DNA of 64,000 nt, from positions 62,189 through 126,188 of the forward strand of contig JAGAIS010000002.1 in assembly GCA_017626405.1 (NCBI GenBank). Direction: 5' to 3'. The position numbers were made by a program, and so were the translations under genes. This document shows, piece after piece, positions 36,755-45,515 of this stretch. This DNA comes from Bacilli bacterium. GTDB lineage: Bacteria; Bacillota_I; Bacilli_A; RF39; UBA660. Positions within the stretch are counted from its first letter, which is position 1, and every line of letters starts with the position of its first letter. The notes beneath the pieces were generated by a model. It was not told the DNA's origin, made no database searches, and was given only the letters and a program-made list of their open reading frames with translations.

Positions 36755-38741
36755 ATGTGATGTAATAATTCCAGTGTATAAGTCACCGGAATGGGTAAGT
36801 TTATGTGTATATTCAATATTTAAAAACACAAAAGATGAATATTTAAATAAAGTATATTTAGTTAACGATTGTAAAGATGAACTAACTACAAATTGTTTAA
36901 AGAATATTGAAAAAAAATATGGTAAAAAAATTGTTTTAATTCAAAATGAAAAAAACTTAGGATTTGTTGGAACAACAAATAAAGGAATGCAAGAATCTAA
37001 AGCAGACTATGTTTTATTATTAAATACAGATTGTATCCTTTCCAATGGTGCAATTGAAAAGATGATAAATAATATAAAAGAAGATGAAAGTATAGGTATG
37101 GTATGTCCTATATCCTCAAATGCAGCTAACTTAACTCTAGAAATGTTCCCAGGTTTTAGTTTTAATGCTATGAATGACTTGTTAGAAAGAAAATTTAAAG
37201 GTAAGTTATTTGATGCTTGCACAGTCGTTGGTAACTGTTTACTAATTACAAAAAAATGTATTAAAGATACAGGATATTTAGATACAGCTTATGGATTAGG
37301 ATATGGTGAAGAAACTGATTATCAATTCAAAGCTATGTCTAAAGGATATAAAGCTAAAGTTTGTATAGATACTTATGTATATCATAAATCAGAAGCATCT
37401 TTTGGTACATCAAAAGAAAAAAGTGAAAGATTAGAAAAAAATAGAAATTTATTCTTTTCTCGATGGGGAGAAGAATATAAAAGAGAAATGGATAAATACG
37501 AAAAGAATGATCCAATTAGATACATCAAAGATAATTTAACAGAAGAAGATAAAGTAGCAAAAATAGATACAGCTATATATTTAAATGGAATAGTCCAAAA
37601 CGCTGGTGGTGTTCATGTAGTAGTTGATATGGTAAATTTTTTAGCTATTAATGGATTCAATGCAAATATTATTTATGATAGTATGGAAGAATACAAGGAA
37701 ATTATGTTATTTAATCCAATATCATCAAATAAATTAGATGATATAACAATCAAAAATGTTGTTGCTACTATTTGGTATTCAGTTTTTAAAGCAAAAAAAA
37801 TAGCAGACAAGAAAAAAGCAAAATTGCTATATTTTGTTCAAGGCTATGAGTGCTTATTTGATAATGGTGGAGCGTATGGTATAGTTGAAACTAGTTTCAA
37901 ATTAACTGATTCAATTTTCACAATTTCTAACTATTTACACAATGAAATTAAAGAAAATTTAGGTTTTGATTCTATGATTATTACTAACGGAATAAATCAA
38001 GACTTAATTCACTTTGAAAAACGTAATAAATCCATAAAAAACATTATGATAGTTTTAAGAAACAATCCTATGAAAGGAGATTGGTTGCTAACCGATCTTA
38101 TAAGAAAAATCGATTTAAAATATAAAGATTTGAAAATAAATGTTGTATACATGAATGAGTATATTGAATTACCTCAATTATATAATAATGAACTAGTAAA
38201 ACATCAGGGACCTCTTAGTAGAAATGAAATAGTTAATCTTCTTCATGAATCTGATTTATATATTGATGCATCATTAAATGAGGGATTCGGATTAACTCCA
38301 CTAGAAGCAATGGCATCAGGAAATGCTGTTATAGTGTCTAATTCTTTTGGTGTAAAAGAGTACTTAGAAGATGGAATAAATGGTATAATAATAAATGAAG
38401 TTAATGATACCAAAAAGTATATGGATAAGATTGATGAATTGATTAAGAATCCTAAAGAATTTCAAAGATTAAGAGATAATGCATTAAATTCAAGTAATAG
38501 ATTTGACAATCAAAGTACAATTAATAAATACATTGAATACTTTAACAATCCTCCTTTGATAAAAGAAAAAGTAGAATTGACAGAATACGACAATTATATA
38601 GTTAAAGAAATGACTAAATCAAATTCTCCTCGTCCAAAAAAGAGAAGAAAGATGTATTACATAGCAAAATTAATTCCAAAACCTATTAAGAGAAAATTGA
38701 AAAGAATTATAACATACTTATATAATTATTATAGTAAGTAG
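36747..38741 (+). CDS. bifunctional glycosyltransferase (N-terminal GT2, C-terminal GT4/GT1-fold)
   Basis: CDVIIPVYKSPEW...LVNDCKDE...LLNTD (GT2). C-terminal ASLNEGFGLTPLEAMASGNAVI (E-x7-E GT4 motif). Confidence 0.8.
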   Translation: MNKCDVIIPVYKSPEWVSLCVYSIFKNTKDEYLNKVYLVNDCKDELTTNCLKNIEKKYGKKIVLIQNEKNLGFVGTTNKGMQESKADYVLLLNTDCILSNGAIEKMINNIKEDESIGMVCPISSNAANLTLEMFPGFSFNAMNDLLERKFKGKLFDACTVVGNCLLITKKCIKDTGYLDTAYGLGYGEETDYQFKAMSKGYKAKVCIDTYVYHKSEASFGTSKEKSERLEKNRNLFFSRWGEEYKREMDKYEKNDPIRYIKDNLTEEDKVAKIDTAIYLNGIVQNAGGVHVVVDMVNFLAINGFNANIIYDSMEEYKEIMLFNPISSNKLDDITIKNVVATIWYSVFKAKKIADKKKAKLLYFVQGYECLFDNGGAYGIVETSFKLTDSIFTISNYLHNEIKENLGFDSMIITNGINQDLIHFEKRNKSIKNIMIVLRNNPMKGDWLLTDLIRKIDLKYKDLKINVVYMNEYIELPQLYNNELVKHQGPLSRNEIVNLLHESDLYIDASLNEGFGLTPLEAMASGNAVIVSNSFGVKEYLEDGINGIIINEVNDTKKYMDKIDELIKNPKEFQRLRDNALNSSNRFDNQSTINKYIEYFNNPPLIKEKVELTEYDNYIVKEMTKSNSPRPKKRRKMYYIAKLIPKPIKRKLKRIITYLYNYYSK

Positions 38742-38756
38742 AAGGTGATAAATAAT

Positions 38757-40538
38757 ATGAAAAATATACTTGATTCAATAAAAAGCATATTATTTATCCT
38801 TCTTCCAAGCATTTTAGTTTTAAATTTTTATGGTACATATTCTTTTATAGATAAATCTTTTTTCATCATTTGCTTTTTCTTATTCTTTTTTGTACTAAAT
38901 AAGAAGCAAAACAAAAAAGAAAAAAGACAAATAATATGGTTATTAATCACATCATTTATTTATTCTTTTTTATATGTTTTTGGTACATACATAAACATAT
39001 CAAAAAATACAATCTCAAATGGACTATTTACTGATAATATTTTATCTAAGATATTCTATGTATATGGATTTAGTTGTTTAATATATTTATTATTATCTAA
39101 CTTAGTAGATCAATTAAAAAGAATAAAAGTGGAAAAATCAAAATTACAAATAAAAGATTTTTTCATTATATGGATATGCATATTTGTTTCTTTTATTCCA
39201 TATTTTATTAGTTATTTTCCAGGATTGATGTCTCCTGATTCGTTATTTCAATATTGTCAATCAATAGATATGTGTGCTTTAACAAATCATCACCCGGTTA
39301 TGCATACATATTTAATTAAAATATTCTCATCAATTGGAATTGCGGTTCATAATTCTAACTTAGGAGTTGCATTATACTCATTATTTCAAATGTTAGTTTT
39401 ATCGTCAGGATTATCTTATGTTATATACTCAATATTTAATAATTTTAAATATAAAAGAGTAGTAATTCTACTTGTTGCATACTATTGCTTAGTTCCTATA
39501 TTTGGCTATTATAGTATTACAATGTGGAAAGATATAATTTTCGGTATTCTTATTTCTATTATAATGCTTCAAACATATTTTTTCTTTCAAAAAGAAAACT
39601 TTACTCATATAGATAAAACTATTACATTTATTGTAATTATTTTAGCTTCATTATTCAGAAGCAATGGAAAAATTGTTGTTTTACTAATTTCTATTTTGTT
39701 GATTTTTTCAAATAGAAATAGATTTAAAGAAGTATTATTATGTTTTGTAACACCACTTATTATATCAATAATAATTTCTGGACCAATAATGTCAATAACT
39801 AATATTCCTGGTGGAAATTTAATAGAAACATTAGGAATGCCATTTAGACAATTATCAGGTATTGTGGCAATTGATTCTAAAATGGATAAAAAAGATCTAG
39901 AATTCATAAATAATATTGTTCCTATATCTACCATTAAAGAAGAATATGATTCAAATTCTATAGATAACGTTAAATTTTCTGATGATTTTGATAACGAATT
40001 CTTCGAAGAAAATAAAATTCAATTTTTGTCAATTTATATTAAATATTTTTTTAGATATCCTATCAAATATTGTGAAATTTATTTAAGAAACACATACGGT
40101 TTTTGGTATTTAGATTCAGAAGGATATATAACGCATAGATGGGCTATAGCAGAAAATGAATATGGCTTGGAAAGTAGAGAATCTTTTGACAAGTTAAATA
40201 TAGAAAAATATTTTAATTATTTTTATGGCACACCAGTTTTCAAGTGGTTAATAAATGATTCATTATGTTTTTATATATTAATTTTTGCTTTAGGGTTAAG
40301 CATATATAAAAAGCAAAAGAATAGTTTCATTGTTCTATGTATTCCATTCATAGTTTGGTTAACTATAATGTTGGCATCTCCAGTTTCGTATCAACCTAGA
40401 TATACTTTTTCACTATACTGTTGTATGCCTATAATAATAAAAATAATCTTAGAAATGTTTGTTATAACACCTAAAACAAGAAAAAGTAAAAAAGATCTAG
40501 TAAAAGAAAAGAGGAAGTACTATGAAAAAAAACGATGA
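38757..40538 (+). CDS. polytopic membrane protein, GT-C-like candidate (extracytoplasmic glycan-modifying transferase)
   Basis: More than 10 hydrophobic segments and a YFPGLMSPDSLFQYCQ loop after an early TM helix. Immediately upstream of, and overlapping, a GtrB-like gene. Assigned by architecture and context only. Confidence 0.55.
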   Translation: MKNILDSIKSILFILLPSILVLNFYGTYSFIDKSFFIICFFLFFFVLNKKQNKKEKRQIIWLLITSFIYSFLYVFGTYINISKNTISNGLFTDNILSKIFYVYGFSCLIYLLLSNLVDQLKRIKVEKSKLQIKDFFIIWICIFVSFIPYFISYFPGLMSPDSLFQYCQSIDMCALTNHHPVMHTYLIKIFSSIGIAVHNSNLGVALYSLFQMLVLSSGLSYVIYSIFNNFKYKRVVILLVAYYCLVPIFGYYSITMWKDIIFGILISIIMLQTYFFFQKENFTHIDKTITFIVIILASLFRSNGKIVVLLISILLIFSNRNRFKEVLLCFVTPLIISIIISGPIMSITNIPGGNLIETLGMPFRQLSGIVAIDSKMDKKDLEFINNIVPISTIKEEYDSNSIDNVKFSDDFDNEFFEENKIQFLSIYIKYFFRYPIKYCEIYLRNTYGFWYLDSEGYITHRWAIAENEYGLESRESFDKLNIEKYFNYFYGTPVFKWLINDSLCFYILIFALGLSIYKKQKNSFIVLCIPFIVWLTIMLASPVSYQPRYTFSLYCCMPIIIKIILEMFVITPKTRKSKKDLVKEKRKYYEKKR

Positions 40539-41463
40539 TATAGCTGTCTTAATACCTTGCTATAATGAGTCGATAACAATAGAAAAGGTAGTAAAGGATT
40601 ACAAGAAAGCCTTGCCAAACGCGAAAATCTACGTGTATGACAATAACTCTACAGATCACACTGATGATGTAGCTAGAAAAGCAGGAGCTATTGTATGTTA
40701 CGAATACCGACAAGGAAAAGGTAATGTTATTAGATCAATGTTTAGAGATATTGATGCTGATTGTTATTTGATGATTGATGGAGATGATACATACCCAGCT
40801 GAAAATGCTTCAGAAATGTGTGAACTGGTATTAAATGGTAGAGCAGATATGGTTATAGGAGATAGACTGTCATCGACATATTTTCAAGAAAACAAAAGAT
40901 TATTCCATAATTTTGGTAATGTATTAGTTCGCAAATTAATTAATGTTATATTTAAAAACAATGTTAAGGACATATTGACAGGATATAGAGCATTTTCCTA
41001 TGACTTTGTTAAAAGTTTCCCTGTATTATCAAAAGGTTTTGAGATTGAAACAGAAATGACAATTCATGCTGTTGATAAAAATTTTAAAGTCATTGAAGTT
41101 CCTGTAAACTATAGAGATAGACCAGAAGGTTCGAAATCTAAATTGAATACATATTTAGATGGATTTAAAGTTCTAAAAACTATAGGCACATTGTTTAAAG
41201 AATATAGACCTGAATTATTCTTTAATTTATTTGCCGTTTTATTTCTAGTTATAGGACTTATTTTGGGAGTATCGCCAGTAGTAGGTTATTTTAAAACAGG
41301 ATTAGTAAGAAGATTTCCTAGTTTAATAGTAAGTTGTTTTTCGCTTACAATTTCGATTTTGTTATGGATAACTGGTATTATACTTGGTGTAATTGCTAAG
41401 AAGAAAAAACAAGATTATGAATTATATTTAAATGAAATAAAAATTATAAAAAACAATAAATAG
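40522..41463 (+). CDS. membrane-anchored GT2, polyprenyl-phosphate glycosyltransferase-like
   Basis: IAVLIPCYNESITI...YDNNSTDHT...MIDGDDTYP plus two C-terminal TM helices. Confidence 0.75.
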   Translation: MKKNDDIAVLIPCYNESITIEKVVKDYKKALPNAKIYVYDNNSTDHTDDVARKAGAIVCYEYRQGKGNVIRSMFRDIDADCYLMIDGDDTYPAENASEMCELVLNGRADMVIGDRLSSTYFQENKRLFHNFGNVLVRKLINVIFKNNVKDILTGYRAFSYDFVKSFPVLSKGFEIETEMTIHAVDKNFKVIEVPVNYRDRPEGSKSKLNTYLDGFKVLKTIGTLFKEYRPELFFNLFAVLFLVIGLILGVSPVVGYFKTGLVRRFPSLIVSCFSLTISILLWITGIILGVIAKKKKQDYELYLNEIKIIKNNK

Positions 41464-41488
41464 TTATATTAATAAAAGAGGTAACATT

Positions 41489-43438
41489 ATGAAAGATTAT
41501 AAGAAAGAAGTAAGTATAATTATTCCTTGCTATAATGTTGAAAAGTATATAAATCGCTGCTTGGATTCTTTAAAAAATCAATTAACTAATACTACTTATG
41601 AAATTATTGTTGTTAATGATGCTTCAACCGATAATACAAAAAAAACAATAGAAAATAGACTTAGAGAGAAAGACTTAAATCTAGTATTTATTAATAATGA
41701 AGAAAATATTGGAGCAGGAGCAAGTCGAAATAAAGCAGTAAACATAGCAAAGTATAATTATATTTCTCTTGTCGATGCTGACGATTATTTGGATAATGAT
41801 TTTTATGATGTCATGTTAAATAAAATCTATGAAGAAAACTTAGATTTAGTTGTTTGTGATATTAATATGATTTTTGAAGAAGAAAATACGTCTCAAATAA
41901 AGTATGGTTGTGATGGTAAAATAACTAAATTAAATCTCGTAAATACAGGATTTGCTTCTTCACCTTGTAATAAAATAATAAAAAGAGAATTGTTACTAAA
42001 GTATCCTTTTGCAGAATCTATTATGAACGAAGATATACCATCTATTATTGCTATAATATTAGAGGCTAAAAAAATCTCATACACGCAGAATACTAAATAT
42101 AATTATATTCAAAGATCTAGTTCAATTCAAAATACGAGACTATCTTATAAAAGATTTGATATTTTTAAATCAATAGAAATATTAGAAAATAGAATTAAAC
42201 ATATAGAGGAATTCAATGATATTATGGAAGCTGTCATTTTTCAGCAACTATTTTTATTCTATATATATGTTTTCCCAAAAGAAAAAAATTTTTTTAGAAG
42301 AACGAAATTTCTAAGAATATTTAGAAAAGAATCAAAAAAATATAATTTAAAAGATAATCTTTACATAAAAAAATTTATTGCAAGTAAAGGAAAGAAGGCT
42401 TCTTTATTCTACAAATTAATATTCAATCTGAATAATAATGGTTTTTCTATGTTAACTAGCTTAATAATGAGTTTATATAATATATGTCGTTCAATCAAAC
42501 ATAATAATTTTTTTATCAAAAGATTTAGTGTAATAAATAAAAAAGTAACTATGGCAGATTTAGTAACTATGGCAAGAAAGCAACAATGCATGAACACTCG
42601 AAAGAATAAAATTTCTGTTATAGTTCCAAATTATAATTATGAAAAATATTTATTGGAAAGAATCTATAGTATTCTTTATCAAGATTATAGAATATATGAA
42701 CTTATTATTTTAGATGATAATTCAAAAGATAATTCGCGAAAGCTAATAGATGATATAATTGAAAATTTAAAAGAGTATGTAAATATACGCAAAGTGTATA
42801 ATAAAGAAAATAGTGGTTCAACATTTAAACAATGGGAAAAAGGATTTGAACTTGCAAAAGGCAATTATGTTTGGATAGCAGAAGCAGATGATTACTGCAA
42901 GAATAATATAATCTCATCTTTAATGAAAAAAATAGATAATGATCAAGATATAGTTTTAGGTTATGTGGATACATCATTTATTAATAGTGATGGAATAAAA
43001 ATAAATAAGTCAATAAAACCAGAAATAGATATTCAAAAATCTGGTCATTGGAACAAGGATTTTGTAAATGATGGATTAGATGAAATTAAAAACTATGCTT
43101 ATTTGAATTGTACTATAGCAAATGTATCTAGTTGTATTATAAAAAAAGGAAATTATAGTGATTATCTAAAAGAATCTGGAGATTTTAAACAAGCTGGCGA
43201 TTGGTTGTTTTACATAAATGTAATTAAAAATGGTAAAATATTATATATAAATAAACCATTAAACTATTATCGTGTGCATAATACAAATGTTAGTAGTGTA
43301 ACAAAAAAAGCAAAACATCTTGAAGAAATTAAAAAAATACATAGTATAATAAAAAAAGAATTTAATTTGAATTCATCAAATCAACAAAAAATGAATGAAA
43401 GAATTGAATTTCTTAAAAGAGTTTGGAATATAGAATAA
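41489..43438 (+). CDS. dual-domain family 2 glycosyltransferase
   Basis: Two GT2 N-terminal signatures: VSIIIPCYNVEKYI...VVNDASTDNT...LVDADD and ISVIVPNYNYEKYL...ILDDNSKDNS...IAEADD. Confidence 0.8.
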   Translation: MKDYKKEVSIIIPCYNVEKYINRCLDSLKNQLTNTTYEIIVVNDASTDNTKKTIENRLREKDLNLVFINNEENIGAGASRNKAVNIAKYNYISLVDADDYLDNDFYDVMLNKIYEENLDLVVCDINMIFEEENTSQIKYGCDGKITKLNLVNTGFASSPCNKIIKRELLLKYPFAESIMNEDIPSIIAIILEAKKISYTQNTKYNYIQRSSSIQNTRLSYKRFDIFKSIEILENRIKHIEEFNDIMEAVIFQQLFLFYIYVFPKEKNFFRRTKFLRIFRKESKKYNLKDNLYIKKFIASKGKKASLFYKLIFNLNNNGFSMLTSLIMSLYNICRSIKHNNFFIKRFSVINKKVTMADLVTMARKQQCMNTRKNKISVIVPNYNYEKYLLERIYSILYQDYRIYELIILDDNSKDNSRKLIDDIIENLKEYVNIRKVYNKENSGSTFKQWEKGFELAKGNYVWIAEADDYCKNNIISSLMKKIDNDQDIVLGYVDTSFINSDGIKINKSIKPEIDIQKSGHWNKDFVNDGLDEIKNYAYLNCTIANVSSCIIKKGNYSDYLKESGDFKQAGDWLFYINVIKNGKILYINKPLNYYRVHNTNVSSVTKKAKHLEEIKKIHSIIKKEFNLNSSNQQKMNERIEFLKRVWNIE

Positions 43439-43504
43439 TATATTTATAAGTAATCTTTATATTTAACTTTATACATGTTATAATTTATATAGTGGAGTGA
43501 AAAT

Positions 43505-44473
43505 ATGAAAAAAAATAATACATTATTTATTGTTATACCTTGTTATAATGAAGAAGAGGTAATACATGAGACAACTAAAAGATTGAAAGAAAAATTAAAT
43601 AAATTAATAAAGGATGAAGTGATTTCTAATAATTCACGCGTTATGTATGTAAATGACGGATCAAAAGATAAGACATGGGAACTTATCAAAGAAATAAGTG
43701 ATGCTGAAGAACATTTTACAGGAATTACTCTATCTCGAAATAGAGGCCATCAAAATGCGCTTGTTGCAGGGTTGTTAACAGCCAAGAATTATGCCGATGT
43801 TGTAATTAGTATGGATGCTGATTTACAGGATGATATTAATGCAATTGATGAAATGTTAGAGAAATATAATGACGGATGCGATATTGTCTATGGTGTTCGT
43901 TCAAGTAGAAAGAAAGATACTTTCTTTAAAAAATTTACTGCTGAGGGATTTTACAAATTTATGTCACTTATGGGCGTAGATATTGTATTTAATCATGCTG
44001 ATTATCGATTAACTAGTAGAAGAGTTTTAGATAACTTTGCCGATTTTAAAGAAGTTAATCTATTCTTAAGAGGAATGTTCCCTCTAATTGGATATAAATC
44101 TGATAAAGTATATTATGAAAGAGCAGAGAGATTTGCTGGGGAATCTAAATATCCATTAAAGAAAATGTTAAATTTTGCTTGGGATGGCATTACGTCATTT
44201 TCCGTTAAACCACTTAGATTTATTTGTATTTTAGGATTCATCATACTATTTATAAGTGTTTTAATAATGATATATTCGCTAGTTCAAAAAATAATTGGAA
44301 ATACAGTCGATGGATGGACATTCTTAAATATTTCAATTTGGTTTATTGGTGGACTTCAAATGTTAAGTTTAGGTGTAGTTGGCGAATATGTTGGCAAGAT
44401 GTATAATGAAACTAAAGCACGTCCAAGATATATAGTATCTGAAAATTTACTTGAAAATAAAAAAGGAAAATAA
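43505..44473 (+). CDS. GtrB/CsbB-like undecaprenyl-phosphate glycosyltransferase
   Basis: LFIVIPCYNEEEVI, VNDGSKDKT, LSRNRGHQNAL, MDADLQD, two C-terminal TM helices. Confidence 0.85.
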   Translation: MKKNNTLFIVIPCYNEEEVIHETTKRLKEKLNKLIKDEVISNNSRVMYVNDGSKDKTWELIKEISDAEEHFTGITLSRNRGHQNALVAGLLTAKNYADVVISMDADLQDDINAIDEMLEKYNDGCDIVYGVRSSRKKDTFFKKFTAEGFYKFMSLMGVDIVFNHADYRLTSRRVLDNFADFKEVNLFLRGMFPLIGYKSDKVYYERAERFAGESKYPLKKMLNFAWDGITSFSVKPLRFICILGFIILFISVLIMIYSLVQKIIGNTVDGWTFLNISIWFIGGLQMLSLGVVGEYVGKMYNETKARPRYIVSENLLENKKGK

Positions 44474-44474
44474 A

Positions 44475-44960
44475 ATGAAAAATAAAAAAGGCAAAAAGAA
44501 AAAAGTAATATTTGTATCATCTATTGGTGGACATTTAACGCAAATGTTACAATTAAAATCAATATTTAATGATTACAATTATTTGCTTATTACCGAGAAA
44601 TCTGAAGTTTCAATAGGTCTTAAAGATAAGTATAATACTAGATATTATATGTATTGTAATAAAAAGAATTTCTTAAAATATTTCTTTGTCAATGTTGTAA
44701 ATGGTTTTCACAGCGTTTATACATTCTTTAGTTTTTGGCCTGATGTTATTGTAACTACGGGAGCCAATACGGCAATACCTCTTTGTTATTTAGGTCGTAT
44801 ATTTGGTAAAAAGGTAATATTTATCGAATCTTTTGCCAAGCGAAATGGAAAGAATTTTTCTGGGAAACTCGCATATCCGGTTGCTACAACATTTATTGTT
44901 CAATGGGAATCAATGTTAAAGTATTACCCTAAAGCCAAATATTTTGGAGGTATATATTAA
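44475..44960 (+). CDS. Alg14-like membrane subunit of a split glycosyltransferase
   Basis: VIFVSSIGGHLTQMLQL motif, about 160 aa. Followed by an overlapping Alg13-like partner. Confidence 0.7.
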   Translation: MKNKKGKKKKVIFVSSIGGHLTQMLQLKSIFNDYNYLLITEKSEVSIGLKDKYNTRYYMYCNKKNFLKYFFVNVVNGFHSVYTFFSFWPDVIVTTGANTAIPLCYLGRIFGKKVIFIESFAKRNGKNFSGKLAYPVATTFIVQWESMLKYYPKAKYFGGIY

Positions 44961-45427
44961 TGATACTAGTAACACTTGGAACACAAGATCAGAAATTCTA
45001 TAGACTTCTCGATGCTTTGGAAAATTCTAATATTAAGGATAAGATAATTGTTCAAGCTGGAGGATCTTCAGATTATCAAAGTAAGAAAATGGAAATATTC
45101 AGATTTATCGACTATAAAGAGATGGAAAAGTATATTGATGATGCCGACTTAATCATAACGCATGGAGGTACGGGAAGTATTATTATGCCACTTCAAAAGG
45201 GCAAGAAAGTAATTGCTTGTGCAAGATTAGAAAAATATGGAGAACATATCAATGATCATCAAAAAGAACTAGTAAGTGTATTTGCTGAAGAAGGATATAT
45301 ATTAGAATTTAATGATGGCGATGATATAGATGAACTTATAAAAAAGAGTAAGTCATTTAAACCTAAGAAGTATGTAAGTAATACAGAAAACTTTATTAAA
45401 AATTTAAAGAGTATAATCGATGAGTAG
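44960..45427 (+). CDS. Alg13-like / GT28 C-terminal-domain catalytic subunit of a split glycosyltransferase
   Basis: MILVTLGTQ...ITHGGTGSI...HQKEL. TAATG overlap with the Alg14-like gene. Confidence 0.75.
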   Translation: MILVTLGTQDQKFYRLLDALENSNIKDKIIVQAGGSSDYQSKKMEIFRFIDYKEMEKYIDDADLIITHGGTGSIIMPLQKGKKVIACARLEKYGEHINDHQKELVSVFAEEGYILEFNDGDDIDELIKKSKSFKPKKYVSNTENFIKNLKSIIDE

Positions 45428-45452
45428 GTTATACTTTTTTTATAATATATAA

Positions 45453-45479
45453 TTAGCACTTACTACTTGACAGTGCTAA
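45453..45479. promoter_or_regulatory. CIRCE (HrcA operator) upstream of htpG
   Basis: TTAGCACTT-N9-CAGTGCTAA versus consensus TTAGCACTC-N9-GAGTGCTAA. Starts 7 nt after a TATAAT (45441-45446) and ends 37 nt before the htpG ATG. Confidence 0.75.
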
Positions 45480-45515
45480 TTATAAGTGGTATAACTACTA
45501 TTAGGAGATGGTAAA

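Noticed and set aside
39605-39934. 109-aa minus-strand ORF inside the polytopic membrane protein gene
   Set aside because: It is a shadow ORF within a co-directional operon. The other short antisense or alternate-frame ORFs in the track are dismissed on the same grounds: 1331, 1794, 10070, 11335, 12410, 14177, 18504, 27138, 28994, 32705, 36631, 37007, 41893, 42409, 44224, 45259, 51043, 54605, 55736, 55828, 56460, 59392 and 59867.
40522-40540. A8 homopolymer tracts at the 5' ends of glycosyltransferase genes (40525-40532; also 43508-43515 and about 37793-37800) as phase-variation switches
   Set aside because: Tracts of this length are common throughout this AT-rich sequence as Lys codons. The one actual frameshift in the locus (about 31680) is not at a homopolymer.
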